Below are positions 61,726 through 64,000 of a stretch of 64,000 nucleotides of DNA, one piece after another. Position numbers and translations under genes: made by a program. Numbering within the stretch: the first letter of the stretch is position 1; each line of letters begins with the position of its first letter. Location of the stretch: positions 46,286,698 to 46,350,697 of the forward strand of contig NC_068997.1 of assembly GCF_001194135.2 (NCBI RefSeq). The letters are read 5' to 3'. The notes beneath the pieces are model-generated. The model worked only from the letters and a program-made list of their open reading frames with translations. It searched no databases and was not told the DNA's origin. The DNA comes from Octopus bimaculoides (lineage: Eukaryota).

Positions 61726-64000
61726 CTTTTTACCTAAATAACTAACAACAACAGCAGCAACAACAACAATAATTACAAGGTAAAGATGTTATGTCAGTCT
61801 TTATGTACAATCAATAAAAGATTTAGATTTAAAAAAAAAAGAGAATTTAAAATAAACAACATAAAATCAAAAATAAATGTTTGTGTAAACAGCAGCATGT
61901 GAAGAAGAAGAAGAAGAAGAAGAAGAAGAAGAAGAAAGAGAAGGTGGCTAGTTGTTGTAATTGTAGTAGTTGTAGTAGTTTTGTCACAAACATGGCGACG
62001 TCTGTGTTTGAGTAGGAAACACTAACACATCTTCACTTTTATACAACATCACATGGCATTGCTGCTGTAAAGCAACCAAATTCTTGTCTTTCTTAGAAAT
62101 CTGTCACTCCATGTACTTACTTATCTTACCAGAAAAAACTCGAGCTAATGAAGGGACCCAGGGAAAAATTCTATGCAGTTACTCGCCCCACTAGAAGACG
62201 GCAGCCAAAACTCCTTCGACTTCAAATCCCACCCAACTGTCTTTAAAAGAAAGAAAAAAAAAAACAAAAACAAAGACTGAAAGGATACATCAATAAATGT
62301 AGTCCTAGATATACTACATCTGAAAAGAAGAGGTGGGATGGTCATGGCTGGAACAGTTTTAGATCAGGTCTGGCCTGGAGCTAAACAACAACTGTCATAA
62401 ACTGTTGAAGATTATTGTAAGGTGACTATTTGCATGTTTTGTCCTCTTCAGAGCTATTACCATGTTTATGACTGGTTCTTCTCATCATACTGATTTAAAG
62501 ACAGTTGTGAATGTGTAGTGCTGTTGATGTGGTAGCAGCAGATTTGCTTGGGTTGGGAGTGGTGGTAGTAGTAGTAGTAGTAGTAGTGGTGGTAATACTA
62601 TTAGTAGTGAGGAGATGTAGAGGTTTAGGGTTGTGGCGTTTGAGTAGTTGGCGACTTTGTGGTGCTAGGAAATCTGTGGATGGTGACCCCACAGTCTTTT
62701 CAGTGGCAACTTGTAAAACTGGTGGATGGCAATGAATATAGTTATGGACAAACAACAACTGGCAGGGCATGAAAGCCCTCCGAGAGATCTATGGACAGCA
62801 ATGGACCATCAAGTAGCCATCAACTTGTAGAGGTAAGAAGAAATCCATCACCGGATCTAATGGCTTCAGACATCAGTTTGAGTTGTTAGGAAAAGTTGAT
62901 CTAGGGGTTTTGTAAGGGTTTGATTTGCTGCTTTGAAGGAGACTGGTAGTCTGATAAAATAATTCTTAGAAGTTAAAAAGAAAGGTACATGAAACAGTGA
63001 CCCTGACGCACACACACACAAATACATATACAAATGCATATACACAGACACATATCTCACATTAGGTATCACTAAATTCGGCTGGAATTGAGCGCCCTTT
63101 AAATGCAGAGTCATAGCCTGAACACCATTTTTATCAACTTGACCATGTGTTCTGCTTTAGATCTCATCGGTGGACAAACAAGGTAAGAAAATTAGCCTCC
63201 AAAAGAACATTTTCCTCAGAAACCAAACACTTTCACCATAGACCCTTTTTACTCAAAACTCACACAACCCTATGTCTTTCTGTAATTAATTTCAACCCCA
63301 AGGTTCTAGGTTTGTTTAAACAGATCTGTTGTAGCAATCGAAAGGATCAGTTTTATCAACTGCACGAAATAAGCTAATCTTTCAACTCCTCAATCAAACA
63401 TCTCACAAACAGGCTGCTTCATATCTGGTGTTGGCTTCACCCACTCACTCCTGGGTCTGTAATACTGTACAGATTGGAAAGGTATGTTTGTATATGTGGA
63501 TGTGTTTGTGTGCATATGCTGCTATGCAGGTATGCACATATATACATACTCACACACAAATAATATAAATGCATATTATATATATATATGTGTGTCTAAG
63601 ACTGAATGTTTGTGAACCACTGAGAAATTGTTAGAGATTTTTTCAGGCAAAGAGGAACCATGACAAAAGATTAGGGTGGCAGCTGGATGGGAGGGATGCA
63701 ATGAAGGGTGGGGGAATGTAGGATAAAACGAGGAAATGAAAGAGATTTAAAAAAAAAAAAAATCGCTGATTAGTTTGATGAAGCCAAAATAAAAATAAAG
63801 AAAACGAAACGAAAATTGACAATAATATAAAGTTTGGTATAGTTAAATCTTTGGCAGGATCTTTGAGAAGAAACTGAAGGGGGCCCCCCTGATCACCCAC
63901 CCACCCATCATATCAACTTATCATCTCACGATTCCACCCGTTAAAGGAACCGAGGTAATAAGTGTCAGCACTGTTCTGTGTGTAAGTCATGTCTGTTTGC

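Overview
AT-rich, repeat-dense animal DNA with eight N-gaps. The repeat families and (CA)n/(TA)n density point to an octopus/coleoid cephalopod genome (inference). The main feature is a + strand LMBR1-family gene (single LMBR1/LMBR1L co-orthologue, fly lilipod). I assembled 14 coding exons from 14184 to 43535: 1428 nt, 475 aa plus stop, with all splice phases compatible. Coding exon 1 was not found and is probably upstream of the window. One intron (41665-42092) has full U12 minor-spliceosome signals. Introns and flanks are filled with tRNA-derived SINEs, LINE relics (CR1, RTE, zinc-knuckle ORF1), a complete but dead mariner, a DD37D maT relic and MITEs of piggyBac, hAT, Tc2/pogo and Merlin type. 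Best leads: the U12 intron; a degenerate minimal hammerhead ribozyme inside a 338-bp partial tandem repeat (Penelope/retrozyme-like); an inverted pair of near-palindromic Merlin-like MITEs; inverted SINE pairs that could be ADAR substrates; and weak exon candidates for an unidentified neighbouring gene after 53 kb. SINE and relic boundaries are approximate (tens of bp); exon and TIR/TSD coordinates were counted base by base.
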